Assembly (NCBI RefSeq): GCF_009914755.1
Contig: NC_060941.1
DNA length: 64,000 nt
From: the human T2T-CHM13v2.0 reference genome, Homo sapiens
Reading direction: 5' to 3' (one strand)
Part shown: positions 59,961 to 64,000 of the stretch, in pieces
How positions within the stretch are numbered: the first letter of the stretch is position 1
Layout of the letters: each line of letters starts with the position of its first letter
Program-made: the position numbers and the translations under genes
The notes under the pieces: generated by a model
What the model was told of the DNA's origin: nothing
Databases searched by the model: none
What the model saw: the letters and a program-made list of their open reading frames with translations, nothing else

Positions 59961-61332
59961 TGGTATCTTTCTTAAATAAGACCCAGCTGGATCCTTGCCT
60001 CATGTCTCCCAATATGAAAGTAGTGATGAGAAGATCCCCAATATGGTATTTTCTACCCACCTGAATTTCCTGAGCTTAGATGTTCCAAACAAAGCCAGAT
60101 AGGAGTCTGGTCTTCCATGGGCAGAGTAAGCTTGCTCTTCTTGAACTGTTCCTTCATGGACAGAAACTATTCTTTTCTAGAGCTCTCGGCTCCGGCTGTA
60201 CCAGAAAGGTACATTCTCAGCGGCAAAAGCGTCACAGAGAGCAAGCTATAGGCAGCAGTAGCTCGGGCTTCAGTCCAATTCTGCTTCCCCTGCAGAGTGC
60301 TCTTAGAGCAGCCACCCACATTGGCAGGGGTTAAGGACGGATATTGGCACTGCCAACACAAGCCTTTCAGGTCTGGCTGGCTTCAGCTGATCTGAAACCT
60401 GGAACACAGGCGCTGGGGCCCTCACTTACTGAACCAGCAGGGGAGGCTGCAGGCTCAGCCCCTGGGGATGAAAGTCCTCCCGTCTGTCTCAGTCTGCAAA
60501 TATCCACACACAGTCTGTTTCTACACTGCCAGTTAGCTCTGGGCCAGAAGCACTGAACCTTGGGCTCTAGTCACTCTGAACCACACTGTTTGCCTTCTAG
60601 ACAGCCACGTCCAGGAGGCCTCCCCTTAGGTTTGTGTTTAGGCTCCTTTACCAAATTTGCTCCTAATTGTATTTATTCTACGCGTGGCACAAGAGTGGAC
60701 TCTCGGAGACATCTGTAGTCTTCAACACACTTAGGCAACATGCAGTTCAGCAACATGTAAGTGCCTACTGTGTGTGTGAGGCACTGTCCTCCAGACCCTG
60801 GGGACTCATCACAGAACAAAGGAAAATCCCTGTTTCACTTGGGGGGTTGGGTGGCGTGGGTCACATTCATACCAGATACATCAACAGACCCCCTGCATCA
60901 AGAGAGCACGCGCCCCTCCCCGGCTGCCATGACCTGCGGTACTCAGGAAGGCAGAATTCTCAGCCCAAGGGAGAAGAAAAGCTCCTTGCAGAGACCCAGG
61001 ACACTGCTCCTTCATTCCTTTCAGGCGGATGGGTCCCGAGGAAGTCGGGATGGAAAATTCTTTTGGGCTTAGCCTTGCTATCAAATGAAATCCCAAGCTC
61101 CTTGCAAACCCTCGCCCACCCACCCCTCCCCCCAAAGATCACTACTGGCACTTGTGGCTATTATTCCCTAATCCGGAACTTCAAGCCCCAGGCAACCCCC
61201 TTTGCTATACCCTGCAGGCTGTCTGCTTCCCCTGGCACCTCTGAAAGTTCACATATTACTCCCCCAACCTGCAGTTATTTTACATTTAAGCAATCAATTC
61301 ATTCCCTCATCGTCTTTTAAGCTTGGTAAGGT

Positions 61333-64000
<2,668 letters not shown>

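Overview
Human genomic DNA, recognisable as chr17p13.3. In order it carries: the 3' part of DPH1/OVCA1 (+, exons 4-13); OVCA2 (+, two exons, nested in the DPH1 3' end and sharing its last exon); an Alu-dense spacer; the miR-212/miR-132 cluster (-) with a CRE/MEF2/RE1/TATA activity-type promoter; the tumour suppressor HIC1 (+) in a large CpG island with alternative first exons; and the last six exons of SMG6/EST1A (-, PIN nuclease domain), convergent with HIC1. All exon boundaries were read by eye and their frames checked: OVCA2 gives 227 aa, HIC1 733 and 714 aa. I found no wholly new gene system. The best second-look items are: (i) the D17S5/YNZ22 70-bp VNTR, present here as a single unit between the divergent miR-212/132 and HIC1 promoters; (ii) an out-of-frame overlapping uORF (69 aa) that forms only when HIC1 exon 1a is spliced to exon 2; (iii) nested alternative poly(A) signals that set the HIC1/SMG6 sense-antisense overlap; (iv) several local duplications and tripled Alu target sites. 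Gene names, exon numbers and repeat families come from recognition, not from a database search. Repeat boundaries are approximate.
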